DNA of 64,000 nucleotides from Bradyrhizobium sp. (GCF_050014615.1 NZ_JBEKCZ010000006.1:2175-66174), one strand, 5' to 3'. Counted from the stretch's first letter, positions 19,079 to 29,306 are shown. Made by a program: numbers and translations. Notes: generated by a model not told the origin, from the letters alone.

Positions 19079-19459
19079 ATGGACAAGAAGACCCACGATA
19101 AGGGACTGGAAATTCGCAAAGCGGTGCTGGGCGAAGCCTATGTCGCCAACGCCCTGAAAAATTCAGACGAATTCAACAAGCCGTTCCAGGAACTGGTCAC
19201 CGAATATTGCTGGGGCGCGGTGTGGGGCCGCGAGGAACTGCCGCGCAAGACCCGCAGCATGCTCAATCTCTCCATGATCTCGATCCTCAACCGGCCGCAC
19301 GAATTGCGGGCGCATATCAAGGGCGCCCTGACCAACGGCGTCAGCCGGGACGAGATTCGCGAAATCTTCATGCAGGTGGCGATCTATGCTGGCGTGCCGG
19401 CGGGCGTCGACAGCTTCCGCATTGCGCGCGAAGTGTTCGCTGAGCTGGACAAGGGTTGA
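19079..19459 (+). CDS. Carboxymuconolactone decarboxylase (PcaC-like) family protein
   Basis: GLEIRKAVLG, TEYCWGAVWGR, ELRAHIKGAL, QVAIYAGVPAG. Confidence 0.88.
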   Translation: MDKKTHDKGLEIRKAVLGEAYVANALKNSDEFNKPFQELVTEYCWGAVWGREELPRKTRSMLNLSMISILNRPHELRAHIKGALTNGVSRDEIREIFMQVAIYAGVPAGVDSFRIAREVFAELDKG

Positions 19460-19503
19460 GGGTTCCACTCCGGAATTCCGCCAGACCACGAGCCGTTTAA
19501 ATC

Positions 19504-19586
19504 CGTCATTGCGAGCGAAGCGACGCAATCCATCGAGCCGCAGATGAAGAATGGATTGCTTCGTCGCTTCGCTCCTCGCAATGACG
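19504..19586. repeat. CGTC-type REP doublet
   Basis: CGTCATTGCGAGCGAAGCGACGCAATCCA...TGGATTGCTTCGTCGCTTCGCTCCTCGCAATGACG. Confidence 0.85.
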
Positions 19587-19615
19587 TTGAGAAGAAACCT
19601 TAGGGACACATCACC

Positions 19616-20503
19616 ATGGACATCGGATTCATCGGCCTTGGGAAAATGGGCTTTCCCATGGCCCGCCGCCTGGTCGAGGCCAGGCATCAGCTCGTCGTAT
19701 TCGACCAGCGCAAGGAAGCCGTCGACCAGCTGGTTGCGCTCGGCGCGCAGGCGGCTTCCTCGCCGAAAGACGTCGCCGACCGTGCCGAGACCGTGCTGGC
19801 GAGCCTGCCTTCGCTGCAGGCCTCGCTGGAGGTCGCAACCGGCAGCGGCGGCGTGATCGAAGGCAAAAGGGTAAAACGCTTCGTCGATCTCTCCACCGTC
19901 GGATCGCACATGGCGGTACGGATTCATGATCTGTTGGCGAAAAACAACATCGTGCAGCTCGACAGCCCCGTCAGCGGCGGTGTCGGCGGCGCCGAAAAGG
20001 GAACGCTCGCGGTCATGGTGTCGGGACCCAAGGCCGATTTCGAATCGATAAAACCCGCGCTCGACGTGATCGGCAAAGTGTTCTTCATCGGCGAAAAGCC
20101 CGGCTCGGCGCAGACCATGAAGCTCGCCAACAACCTGCTGTCGGCTACCGCCGTGGTCGCGACATCGGAGGCGGTGGTGATGGGCGTCAAATCGGGGCTC
20201 GATCCGGCCGTGATGATCGACGTGATCAATGCGGGCTCGGGCATGAACACCGCGAGCCGCGACAAGTTTCCGCGCTCGATCCTGCCGCGCAGCTTCGATT
20301 TCGGTTTTGCAACCGGACTGATGGTCAAGGATGTCCGGCTTTGCCTGGAAGAGGCCAAGGCGCTCGGGATGTCGCTGGAAGTCGCCGAAGCGGTCGGGCG
20401 GCTGTGGGAAGTCGTGATCCGCGAAATGGGCCCGGAGTCCGATTTCACCTCGGCGATCAAGCCGATCGAGAAAGCGGCCGGCGTGGTGGTGGGCGGAAAG
20501 TAA
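19616..20503 (+). CDS. NAD(P)-dependent beta-hydroxyacid dehydrogenase (3-hydroxyisobutyrate dehydrogenase family)
   Basis: IGFIGLGKMG Rossmann, DSPVSGG, catalytic Lys in MKLANN, KDVRL. Confidence 0.9.
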   Translation: MDIGFIGLGKMGFPMARRLVEARHQLVVFDQRKEAVDQLVALGAQAASSPKDVADRAETVLASLPSLQASLEVATGSGGVIEGKRVKRFVDLSTVGSHMAVRIHDLLAKNNIVQLDSPVSGGVGGAEKGTLAVMVSGPKADFESIKPALDVIGKVFFIGEKPGSAQTMKLANNLLSATAVVATSEAVVMGVKSGLDPAVMIDVINAGSGMNTASRDKFPRSILPRSFDFGFATGLMVKDVRLCLEEAKALGMSLEVAEAVGRLWEVVIREMGPESDFTSAIKPIEKAAGVVVGGK

Positions 20504-20512
20504 AACTAATTT

Positions 20513-20540
20513 CGTCGTCCCTGCATGGGCAGGGACGACG
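20513..20540. terminator. Hairpin between convergent genes, probable bidirectional terminator
   Basis: CGTCGTCCCTGC-ATGG-GCAGGGACGACG, perfect 12-bp stem. Confidence 0.6.
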
Positions 20541-20542
20541 GC

Positions 20543-21808
20543 TCACAGCCACGGCGCCGGCCTGTCCATCGCGATCAGTTCGTCGACCTCGATGCGCGGC
20601 CGCACCACCGCATATTGATCGTCCTTGACCAGCACTTCCGGCACCAGCGCGCGGGTGTTGTAGGTGCCGGACTGCACCGCGCCGTAGGCGCCGGCGGTCA
20701 TGATCGCCAAGAGGTCGCCGGCCCTGGGCTCGGGAAGGGTGCGGTCAAGCGCCAGATAATCGCCGGTCTCGCAGACCGGCCCGACCACATCGGCGACAAT
20801 GGTGCGCGCGCCCTTGCCGGCCTCGCGGACCGGCAGGATGTCGTGATGCGCCTCATACAGCGTCGGCCGGATCAGGTCGTTCATCGCCGCATCGATGACG
20901 ACAAAGTTCTTGGCGTCGCCGGGTTTCACATAGATCACGCGGGTGACGAGGATGCCGGCATTGCCGACGATCATCCGTCCCGGCTCGAACATCAGCGTGC
21001 AGCCGAGGTTATGCGTCACGCGCTTGACCATCGCGGCATAGGCATCCGGCGCCGGAGGCGGTTCGCGATCCATGTAGTAGGGAATGCCGAGGCCGCCGCC
21101 GAAATCGATATGCGAGATGGTGTGGCCGTCGGCGCGCAGCGTCTGCACGAATTCCGCCAGAATGCGGAACGCGGCTTCCATCCGGCTGAGGTCGGTGATC
21201 TGGCTGCCGATATGCATGTCGGTACCGGTCACCTCGATCCCCGGCAGCTTTGCGGCGCGGGCATAGACCGCGCGGGCGCGGGCGAGCGGGACGCCGAACT
21301 TGTTCTCGGATTTGCCGGTGGCGATCTTGGCATGGGTGCCGGCATCGACGTCGGGATTGATGCGGATCGAGATCCGCGCCGTCTTGCCGGACTCGACGGC
21401 CAGCCGCGACAGCAATTCGAGCTCAGGCTCGGATTCGACGTTGATGCACAGAATGTCTTGCGCCAGCGCCGCGCGCAGTTCGCTTTCGGTCTTGCCGACC
21501 CCGGAGAACACGATCTTGCGCGGCGGAATGCCGGCCGCCAGCGCACGCTTCAGCTCGCCGCCGGAAACCACGTCGGCGCCGGCGCCGAGCTTCGCCAGCG
21601 TACGCAGCACCGACTGGTTGGAATTGGCCTTCATGGCGTAACAGACCAGCGCCTTCTCGTCGGCAAAGGCGTCGCTGAAAACCCGGTAATGGCGCTCCAG
21701 GGTCGCGGTCGAATAACAATAGAACGGCGTGCCGACCGCCGTCGCCAGATCAGAGAGATTCACCGCCTCGGCGTGCAGCACGCCGTTGCGATAGTCGAAG
21801 TGATTCAT
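20543..21808 (-). CDS. lysA: Diaminopimelate decarboxylase
   Basis: CYAMKANSN (PLP Lys), DVVSGGEL, HIGSQI, FEPGR, GPVCETGD, GAYG. Confidence 0.97.
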   Translation of the reverse strand: MNHFDYRNGVLHAEAVNLSDLATAVGTPFYCYSTATLERHYRVFSDAFADEKALVCYAMKANSNQSVLRTLAKLGAGADVVSGGELKRALAAGIPPRKIVFSGVGKTESELRAALAQDILCINVESEPELELLSRLAVESGKTARISIRINPDVDAGTHAKIATGKSENKFGVPLARARAVYARAAKLPGIEVTGTDMHIGSQITDLSRMEAAFRILAEFVQTLRADGHTISHIDFGGGLGIPYYMDREPPPAPDAYAAMVKRVTHNLGCTLMFEPGRMIVGNAGILVTRVIYVKPGDAKNFVVIDAAMNDLIRPTLYEAHHDILPVREAGKGARTIVADVVGPVCETGDYLALDRTLPEPRAGDLLAIMTAGAYGAVQSGTYNTRALVPEVLVKDDQYAVVRPRIEVDELIAMDRPAPWL

Positions 21809-21809
21809 G

Positions 21810-21978
21810 GCTAGTGTTCCAGTTCTAACATTCGCATCCCTTCGCAGCGAGTACCTTTGCGAATGTTAGAACCCAAAGGAACACTAGCAAAATTATGGTC
21901 CTGGTGCGGCCCTGGATTTGACATTCGCAACGAGGACTCGCGGAAAAACTGTAGCGAATGTCAAATCCACCGCACCAG
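21810..21978. repeat. Composite double-hairpin element (MITE/REPIN-like) between lptM and lysA
   Basis: Hairpin 1: GCTAGTGTTCC/GGAACACTAGC plus GTTCTAACATTCGCA/TGCGAATGTTAGAAC. Hairpin 2: CTGGTGCGG/CCGCACCAG plus TGGATTTGACATTCGC/GCGAATGTCAAATCCA. Confidence 0.8.
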
Positions 21979-21979
21979 C

Positions 21980-22258
21980 TCAGTTGCTATTCAGGAGCGG
22001 GTCGAGAGCGAACGGTTTCTTGGTGCCCTTGGCCGCGGTCGGCGGCGCATCGGCGCCAAAGCTCGGATTGTACACGCTCGGTTGGCTCGCCGGGTCGGTA
22101 TCGGCATGCGCGGCGGCAGCCGGCTGCTGCTGCTGCGACGACGCGGTCGGCGGCAGATCCAGCGGCCCCTTGCGGCCGCAGCCTCCGAGCACAAGCACGG
22201 CGGCGCTCAAAAGGATGATGGCCCATCCCCGAGATATCGGGCGGTAGTTGCGATTCAC
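21980..22258 (-). CDS. lptM: Small lipoprotein LptM/LppL (LPAM_2) family
   Basis: Lipobox LGGC followed by GRKGPLDLPP, located between argH and lysA. Confidence 0.82.
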   Translation of the reverse strand: MNRNYRPISRGWAIILLSAAVLVLGGCGRKGPLDLPPTASSQQQQPAAAAHADTDPASQPSVYNPSFGADAPPTAAKGTKKPFALDPLLNSN

Positions 22259-22348
22259 GACAAAATCCCCAATGCGGCGGCACCATACAAAGATTGCCTT
22301 GGTCTGGCGAGACCTGCGGGCAAGTGAATTTCCCGCGAGAATCGCGGC

Positions 22349-23746
22349 TCAGCCCAATTTTCGCTCTTTTTCCAGTCGCTTGAGCCAGGCCTTGGCCTGC
22401 GCCAGGACGTTCCTCGGCGCGGTTCCGCCGTAGCTGGTGCGGCTCTTCACGGAGGCCTCGACCGACAGCACCGCCAATGCCGCGGCGGTAATCTTCGGCT
22501 CGATCGCCTGCATCGCCTGCAACGGCAGAAGATGCAGCGCGACGCCATCCGCGGCGGCCCTGGCGACGATGCGTCCGGTGACGTGATGGGCGTCGCGGAA
22601 CGGCATTTTCAGCGTCCGCACCAGCCAGTCCGCCAGATCGGTGGCGGTGGCGTAGCCTTCGCCGGCCGCGGCCTTCATCCGCGCCTGGTCCGGCACGATA
22701 TCGGCGACCATCCCGGTCATGGCCCGGATCGCCAGCGAGAGCGCCGCGAACGCCTCCATCGCGCCCTGCTTGTCCTCCTGCATGTCCTTTTGATAGGCCA
22801 GCGGCAGGCCCTTCATCACGATCAGCAAGCCGGTCAGCGCGCCGATCACCCGGCCGGTCTTGGCCCGCACCAGTTCGGCGGCGTCGGGGTTGCGCTTCTG
22901 CGGCATGATCGAGGAGCCGGACGTGAATTTGTCGCTGAGGCGCACCAGCCCGACCAGCGGCGAGGTCCAGATCACGATTTCCTCGGCGAAGCGCGACAAA
23001 TGGACCGACGCGATTGCCGCCGCCGACAGGGTTTCGAGCACGAAATCGCGATCCGAAACCGCGTCGAGCGAATTGGCCATCGGCCGGTCGAAGCCGAGCG
23101 CCTTCGCGGTCGCGCTGCGATCGATCGGAAACGAGGTGCCGGCCAGCGCCGCGGCCCCGAGCGGCGATTCGTTCAGGCGCTTGCGCGCATCGGCGAAGCG
23201 GCCGCGGTCGCGCGCCGCCATCTCGACATAGGCGAGCAGATGATGCCCGAACGTCACGGGTTGCGCGGTCTGCAGATGCGTGAAACCGGGCATCACCGTG
23301 CCGGCATGTTCCAGCGCGCGCTGCGCCAGCACCTGCTGGAACGCGGCCAGCGCCGCATCGGTCTCGTCGATGGTGTCGCGGACGTAGAGCCGGAAATCGG
23401 TGGCGACCTGGTCATTGCGCGAACGCGCGGTGTGCAGCCTTCCCGCGGCAGGCCCGATCAGCTCGCCAAGCCGGCTCTCGACATTCATGTGAATGTCCTC
23501 GAGCGCGCGCTTGAAATCGAACGATCCCTTGCCGATTTCTGACAAAATCGTGTCTAGACCCCTGGCGATATTTTTCGCATCGTTTGCCGTGATAATGCCT
23601 TGCGCGGACAGCATCGCGGCATGGGCCTTGGACGCGGCGATGTCCTGGGCGTAAAGGTGGCGATCGACGTCGATGGAGACGTTGATTTCCTCCATGATCG
23701 CATCGGGACGCTCGCTGAACCGGCCGCCCCACATCTTGTTGCTCAT
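22349..23746 (-). CDS. argH: Argininosuccinate lyase
   Basis: [39 protein letters not shown]. Confidence 0.98.
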   Translation of the reverse strand: MSNKMWGGRFSERPDAIMEEINVSIDVDRHLYAQDIAASKAHAAMLSAQGIITANDAKNIARGLDTILSEIGKGSFDFKRALEDIHMNVESRLGELIGPAAGRLHTARSRNDQVATDFRLYVRDTIDETDAALAAFQQVLAQRALEHAGTVMPGFTHLQTAQPVTFGHHLLAYVEMAARDRGRFADARKRLNESPLGAAALAGTSFPIDRSATAKALGFDRPMANSLDAVSDRDFVLETLSAAAIASVHLSRFAEEIVIWTSPLVGLVRLSDKFTSGSSIMPQKRNPDAAELVRAKTGRVIGALTGLLIVMKGLPLAYQKDMQEDKQGAMEAFAALSLAIRAMTGMVADIVPDQARMKAAAGEGYATATDLADWLVRTLKMPFRDAHHVTGRIVARAAADGVALHLLPLQAMQAIEPKITAAALAVLSVEASVKSRTSYGGTAPRNVLAQAKAWLKRLEKERKLG

Positions 23747-23877
23747 GACCTGTTACTCATGACTTGTTACTTGTGCCTGCCATTCATCATTGCACCTGCA
23801 TCATTGCGCCTGCCGAGGGAATGCGTCGTGCCGCCGGTGATGTAACCGAAGCCCTGCATAGCCGTATCTGATACAGG

Positions 23878-24561
23878 ATGACAAACGATATGCCTGAACA
23901 ACCCAATCCCCCTGCGGCTGCGACGCGGCGGATTCCCTATGTCGTCGGGGCCGTCCTGATCGGGGCCGTGATCGGATTTGCCGGGGTATACGGCTTTGGC
24001 GGGCTGAAACGCCGTGCGGCGGCCGGCGATTCCGCTTGCGCCGGGGCGGTCGAGCTTTCGCAAAGGCTGGCACCTTTGGCGCATGGCGAGGTGGCCGCGC
24101 TGACCATGGCGACGGCGCCGCTGAAGCTGCCGGACCTCGCCTTCGAAGACGGCGACGGCAAGCCCAGAAAGCTCTCGGAATGGCGCGGCCGCACGGTGCT
24201 GGTGAACCTGTGGGCGACCTGGTGCGTGCCCTGCCGCAAGGAGATGCCCGCGCTCGAAAACCTGCAAATCAAGCTCGGCGGGCCGAAATTCGAGGTGGTC
24301 GCGATCAATATCGATACCCGCGATCCGGAAAAACCGAAGAATTTCCTCAAAGACGCCCATCTGACCCGAATCGGCAATTTCAGCGATCAGAAAGCCAAGG
24401 TTTTTCAGGATCTTAAATCGATCGGCCGGGCGCTGGGCATGCCCACTTCGGTGCTGGTCGATGGCCAGGGCTGCGAGATCGCCACCATCGCCGGCCCCGC
24501 GGAATGGGCCAGCGACGATGCCGTCAAGCTAATCACGGCGGCGGTAACGCCTCCGGGCTAA
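23878..24561 (+). CDS. tlpA: Membrane-anchored thioredoxin-like protein TlpA
   Basis: N-terminal TM, NLWATWCVPCRKEMP, GMPTS, GPAEW. Divergent from argH. Confidence 0.9.
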   Translation: MTNDMPEQPNPPAAATRRIPYVVGAVLIGAVIGFAGVYGFGGLKRRAAAGDSACAGAVELSQRLAPLAHGEVAALTMATAPLKLPDLAFEDGDGKPRKLSEWRGRTVLVNLWATWCVPCRKEMPALENLQIKLGGPKFEVVAINIDTRDPEKPKNFLKDAHLTRIGNFSDQKAKVFQDLKSIGRALGMPTSVLVDGQGCEIATIAGPAEWASDDAVKLITAAVTPPG

Positions 24562-24570
24562 CCTGCCTTG

Positions 24571-25419
24571 TTACGCTTCGTCGGCGATGCCGTTGCGCAG
24601 CAGGCCGATCCGGTCGATCTCGACCTCCACGACGTCGCCGGGCTTCATCCACAATGGCGGGGTTCGCCGTGAGCCGACGCCGCCGGGCGTGCCGGTGGCG
24701 ATCACGTCGCCGGGTTCCAGCCGCGTGAACGACGAGCAGTATTCGATCTGGCGCGGAATATCGAAAATCATCTGACTGATGGTCGCGTCCTGAACCACCT
24801 CGCCATTGAGGCGGGTTTGCAGCCGCAGCGGCGCCAGATCGCCGGCCTCGTCCGGCGTCACCATCCAGGGTCCGAACGCGCCGGTTCCCGGAAAATTCTT
24901 GCCCGGCGTGAACTGATGGGTGTGACGCTGATAATCGCGGACACTGCCTTCATTATAGCAGGCGTATCCCGCGATGTGGTCCCACGCCTTCGCACGCGAA
25001 ATATACCGGCCCGGCGTGCCGATGATGACGGCGAGTTCGCCTTCGAAATCGAGATCCTTCGATACGCGCGGGCGGATGATGTTGGCGAGATGCCCGGTCT
25101 GGCTGTTGGCGAAGCGGCCGAACACGGTGGGGTTCTCGACCTCGGTGCGGCCGGTTTCCTTGCGGTGCGTCTCGTAATTGAGGCCGATGCAGAGGATCTT
25201 GTCGGGATTGGGAATCACCGGCAGCCAGCTGATGCCGGTGATCGGATGCCGCGCGGCCTTCGGCGCCGCGGCGGCGGCCTGCGCCAGCGCGCCGGCGGCG
25301 ATGGCGGATTTCAGATCGGGAAACTGATTGCGCAGCAGCGCGCCGACGTCGACCGCTTCGGCGCCGTCGATGAGGCCCCAGCTGGTGACGCCGTTGATTT
25401 TGAAACTTGCGAACTTCAT
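24571..25419 (-). CDS. Fumarylacetoacetate hydrolase family protein
   Basis: KILCIGLNY, LDFEGELAV, NEGSVRD, GKNF, GDVIATGTPGGVG. Confidence 0.92.
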   Translation of the reverse strand: MKFASFKINGVTSWGLIDGAEAVDVGALLRNQFPDLKSAIAAGALAQAAAAAPKAARHPITGISWLPVIPNPDKILCIGLNYETHRKETGRTEVENPTVFGRFANSQTGHLANIIRPRVSKDLDFEGELAVIIGTPGRYISRAKAWDHIAGYACYNEGSVRDYQRHTHQFTPGKNFPGTGAFGPWMVTPDEAGDLAPLRLQTRLNGEVVQDATISQMIFDIPRQIEYCSSFTRLEPGDVIATGTPGGVGSRRTPPLWMKPGDVVEVEIDRIGLLRNGIADEA

Positions 25420-25461
25420 TGGATGTGTCCTGATGTTTGAGTGCGACGGTGTTGGAGGGAA

Positions 25462-26769
25462 TTAGACGGCACGCGCGGCCATTGGGGCCATGCTGGCGAA
25501 GCGTGCAATGGTGCGTTCCGGGAATATCAGCGCGAACGCCGCGATAGCGCCGACGATCAGGATGCCGGCGGTGAATGTCATGGCGTAGGCATAGCCGAGC
25601 GCGACGTTGGCTCCGGCCTCGCCGACGATCCAGCCGGTCAGCGCATTCGAGAGCAGCGCCGACGCCGCGTTGCCGGAATAGATCACGACGATCAGCCGTC
25701 CACGCTGGACGGCCGGCGCCACCGCGCCAAGCGCGACCGGTCCGAAGATCGTGGTCAGGCTCGGCGCCGCAAAGGCGATCGCAATACAGACCAGCTGCAA
25801 CGGTCCGGTGGTGACGAGGGTGAGCAGCAGCGCACAACCGGCGGCGAGCAACGCCAGTCCTGACGTGTTGCCGAGGCAGGCGCGCAGGCTCCAGCCGCTG
25901 CGCTGCATGATCTGCGTGATCCAGGAGCCGCCGAGCAGCAGCGGCGACTGGAACAGATAGATGCCGAAGATGATCCAGCCGACGTCGGTCGGCTTGTAGC
26001 CGAGGCCGAGTTGCAGATAGGGCGGCAGCCAGGTCGCCGACATGCCGACGATCCAGTACGACATCGTCGACATGATGATGACGCCGATCACGGTCGGATC
26101 GCCCCACAGCAGCTTCGCCGGCACCGTCGCAGCCGACGGCAGCGCGTCGTGGCTGGCATGGGTGGCGGCGTACGGCCCTTCGCCACCGATCACGACCCAC
26201 GCCAGCATCCAGGCCAGACCGAGCAGGCCGCAGACCAAGAAGCCGGTGCGCCATCCGTAATTGACGATGATGGCGGTGAGAAACGGGCCGCCGACGAGGA
26301 GCCCGACGCTGATGCCCTGCAGCACCACCGCGCTCGGCACGCTGCGCCTGTCGGCGGCGAACCAGTTGTAACAGGCGTGCAGCGCGGTCGGCAGCCCCGG
26401 ACCTTCGCCGGCGCCGAGAACGATGCGGCAGGCGATCAGCACTGCGACGGAACTCGAGAAGAAGATCGGGATCTGCGTCGCCGACCACACCGCCGCAAGG
26501 ATGATCAGAATCCATTTGGTCGGAAAGCGCCCGATCACGAACAGCCCGACCGCCATGCCCGACAGCGAGAACAACAGAAAGAAACTGCTGCCGATCAACC
26601 CGAATTCTTTCGGCGACAGCGCCAGCTCCTTCATCATCGGCACCGCCGACAGGCCGAACACCAGCTTGTCGAAGAAGTTCAGCGTCTGGAACAGAAACAG
26701 CATGATGACAACGGCGAAAGCCCGGCCTCGCCCGGCCGGCTCCGCACTTATCGCTTGCGATGGTGTCAT
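25462..26769 (-). CDS. MFS transporter, probable organic/aromatic acid importer
   Basis: About 12 hydrophobic segments, LNFFDK, RIVLGAGEG. Confidence 0.88.
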   Translation of the reverse strand: MTPSQAISAEPAGRGRAFAVVIMLFLFQTLNFFDKLVFGLSAVPMMKELALSPKEFGLIGSSFFLLFSLSGMAVGLFVIGRFPTKWILIILAAVWSATQIPIFFSSSVAVLIACRIVLGAGEGPGLPTALHACYNWFAADRRSVPSAVVLQGISVGLLVGGPFLTAIIVNYGWRTGFLVCGLLGLAWMLAWVVIGGEGPYAATHASHDALPSAATVPAKLLWGDPTVIGVIIMSTMSYWIVGMSATWLPPYLQLGLGYKPTDVGWIIFGIYLFQSPLLLGGSWITQIMQRSGWSLRACLGNTSGLALLAAGCALLLTLVTTGPLQLVCIAIAFAAPSLTTIFGPVALGAVAPAVQRGRLIVVIYSGNAASALLSNALTGWIVGEAGANVALGYAYAMTFTAGILIVGAIAAFALIFPERTIARFASMAPMAARAV

Positions 26770-26809
26770 GGCTGTTTCCCCGTATGGTCCATTTTGTTAT
26801 TGCGTTGCT

Positions 26810-28384
26810 TCATTGCAGCCGTGACGAGAGATCGGACATCATCGCGGCGAGCGATGTCGCATCGGCGCTGACGCCGAACACGTAATGATCGGGACGCACG
26901 ATCGCCGCGGCGCATTGGTACCGACCGAACCAGCGCGCGACGACGCCGCTTTCTTCCGTCACCGTCTTTTCGCCAGCGTTGCCGTCGGCCGTACCGACAC
27001 GGATGATCCGCAGTCCGAGGTCGCGCGCCGGACCATCGGCGATGGAGGAGGTTGCAAGGCCACTGCCGCCATCGATGACGAGGCGCCATCCGGTGCCACA
27101 GGCGGCATCAAGCAATCGTCGCCCTTCGGCGGTCTTGATCCACGGTTGCGGAAACAGCGTGCCGTTGGCCGCGTGCGAGGCATTGGCGAGCAATCCGCGC
27201 TGCAGCGGCGGGACGATGTCCTGCCGGGTGATGGTGCGGGGTTCGCCGTTGCCTTCGGCGAGGATACGGGCGTCGCGCGCTTCGGCTGCAACCGGATCGC
27301 GCTCACAGATGACGTGGCCGATCGCCTTGATCCGGGTGGTGAGTTCGCGCACATGGGCGCTGCGCTCCTCGCCATAGCTATCGAGCAGAGCCGCGCTCGA
27401 CTGGCCGCGCAATACCCGATCGAGTTTCCAGACCAGATTGGCGACGTCGCGGATGCCCTGGCACATGCCCTGACCGATGAAGGGCGGCTGCTGGTGAGCG
27501 GCGTCACCCGCCAGCAACACGCGCCCGCGCCGCCATTCCTCCGCCACCAGCGCGTGGAAGCGGTAACTCGCCGCGCGCCACAGCGTGGCGCCGGCAGGCG
27601 TCAGCCATTTTTCGAGCAGTCGCCAGACCTGGTCTGGCTCTTCCATGGCGCGCGGGTCTTCGCCCGGCAGCAACATGATTTCAAAGCGGCGATGCTGGCC
27701 GGGGCCGATGATGAAGCTGGTCGGCCGCGCCGGATCGCAGAACTGCGCCGCGGTCTGCGGCAATTTTGCAAGCGCGGCGTCACCGACCTGCAGGTCCACC
27801 ACCAGCCACGGCTCGTCGAACACCAGGTCTTCAAAGGGTATGCCGAGCTGCTGTCGCACGGTGCTGGAGGCGCCATCGCAGGCGATGACATAATCTGATG
27901 TGACCGTGCGCGTCTCGCCGCTATCGCTGCGCAGATGCAGCGTGACGCCGTCGGTCGATTGCGCGAAACTGACGAGTTCAATGCCGAGTTCGACCGTCAC
28001 GCTGCGATAGGACTGCGCGTGGTGCCGCAACGCCGCCTCCACCGGCGGCTGCGTGAACACCATGCTCGGCGTGTACCCCAGCGGGTAAGGCTCCGGCACC
28101 ATGTCGATGCGCCGGATCAATTGTCCCCTGGCGCCGAAATGCTGCGAGGCCGGAAACGGCGCGATATAGGGGCGCACGCGCTCGGCCACGCCGAGATTGT
28201 CCAACAGCCGCAGGATCTCGTGATCGATCGCGATCGCGCGCGGCTTGTCGTAGACCGCGCGCTGCCGGTCGATCGCCAGCGTGCGGATGCCGCGGTCGCC
28301 GAGCAGGCTGGTCGCCACCACGCCCGAGGGACCGAAGCCCACGATCACGACCTGAAACTCGTTCGGTTTGATCGCGGTCGACAT
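26810..28384 (-). CDS. FAD-dependent aromatic hydroxylase, MhpA-like
   Basis: VIVGFGPSG, PRAIAID, ACDGASS, LLAGDAAHQQPPFIGQGMCQGIRDVANLVWKL, YGEER. Start set at MSTAIK. Confidence 0.9.
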   Translation of the reverse strand: MSTAIKPNEFQVVIVGFGPSGVVATSLLGDRGIRTLAIDRQRAVYDKPRAIAIDHEILRLLDNLGVAERVRPYIAPFPASQHFGARGQLIRRIDMVPEPYPLGYTPSMVFTQPPVEAALRHHAQSYRSVTVELGIELVSFAQSTDGVTLHLRSDSGETRTVTSDYVIACDGASSTVRQQLGIPFEDLVFDEPWLVVDLQVGDAALAKLPQTAAQFCDPARPTSFIIGPGQHRRFEIMLLPGEDPRAMEEPDQVWRLLEKWLTPAGATLWRAASYRFHALVAEEWRRGRVLLAGDAAHQQPPFIGQGMCQGIRDVANLVWKLDRVLRGQSSAALLDSYGEERSAHVRELTTRIKAIGHVICERDPVAAEARDARILAEGNGEPRTITRQDIVPPLQRGLLANASHAANGTLFPQPWIKTAEGRRLLDAACGTGWRLVIDGGSGLATSSIADGPARDLGLRIIRVGTADGNAGEKTVTEESGVVARWFGRYQCAAAIVRPDHYVFGVSADATSLAAMMSDLSSRLQ

Positions 28385-28403
28385 CGACGCTGTTCGGTGG
28401 ATT

Positions 28404-29306
28404 TCAGCTTGCATAGGGGATCGCGACCTGCGCCGCCTTGACGTGATCCGCCTTGGGCGGCGCGATGCCCCACTGATCGGTGCGGCCCGGCGGCCAGACC
28501 CATTCGCTCGGACCGCGAAAAACATAGCTGTCGTCGACCTGCAGCACTTCGGCGGTGTATTCGATGACGAAGCCGACCGGGTCGATGAAGTACGCAAACA
28601 CATTATCGCCGGGGCCGTGGCGTCCGACGCCCCAGGCGATCGGAAAACCATTATCGATCATGCGTCCGGAGCCCCGCATCACGGCTTCGAGATCGGGCAT
28701 CTGGAAAGCCACGTGGTTGAGCCCGTTGACGTTGGCCTCGGTGATCACCACGGCGTGGTGATCACTGTTGCAGCGGACGAAGGCCATCATCTTCGAGCGG
28801 TCGGTGAGGCGGAAGCCGAGCGCCTTCTCATAGAACCCCGCCGACGCATCGACATCGATGCTGTTGAGATTGACGTGGGCCAGTCGCTGGGGCCGATCGG
28901 CCCTAGGATTTTTGGCGGCGTGCACGGCATCGCCATGCACAAAGCGCAGCAGGCCGCCTTCCGGTCCGCGCACGGTCATGACGCTGCCGCCATCCGGCGC
29001 TTCGTTCGGCACCACCGGGGAGATAATATGACCGCCCTGCACGACGACATTGTCCGCGACCGCGGCAAAGTCGTCCATCGAGGCAACGCGAAACGTCACC
29101 GCGCGCAGTTCCGGCCGCGTACTTGCGTGCAACGCCACGACATGATGATCACCGCCATCGGCGCGCAGATACACCACGCCGTTGTGACGCGCGACCACCC
29201 CCAGTCCCCACACCGCGACGTAAAACTGCTCGGAGCGATCGAGATCCGGCGTCCCGAGATCGACACTGCGCAAAGCCGTGATGGGAAACCGGGTCACCGC
29301 GCTCAT
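28404..29306 (-). CDS. VOC-family extradiol ring-cleavage dioxygenase
   Basis: Two VOC domains. Candidate Fe(II) ligands His (LAHVNL), His (GRHGPG), Glu (VIEY), plus YFIDP. Confidence 0.85.
   Translation of the reverse strand: MSAVTRFPITALRSVDLGTPDLDRSEQFYVAVWGLGVVARHNGVVYLRADGGDHHVVALHASTRPELRAVTFRVASMDDFAAVADNVVVQGGHIISPVVPNEAPDGGSVMTVRGPEGGLLRFVHGDAVHAAKNPRADRPQRLAHVNLNSIDVDASAGFYEKALGFRLTDRSKMMAFVRCNSDHHAVVITEANVNGLNHVAFQMPDLEAVMRGSGRMIDNGFPIAWGVGRHGPGDNVFAYFIDPVGFVIEYTAEVLQVDDSYVFRGPSEWVWPPGRTDQWGIAPPKADHVKAAQVAIPYAS

Noticed and set aside
21810-21978. Lysine riboswitch upstream of lysA
   Set aside because: No L-box consensus is recognisable. The structure is two simple long inverted repeats typical of a repeat element.
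26810-28651. 613-aa version of the hydroxylase
   Set aside because: The extension overlaps the VOC gene in another frame. The FAD-binding motif begins just after MSTAIK.
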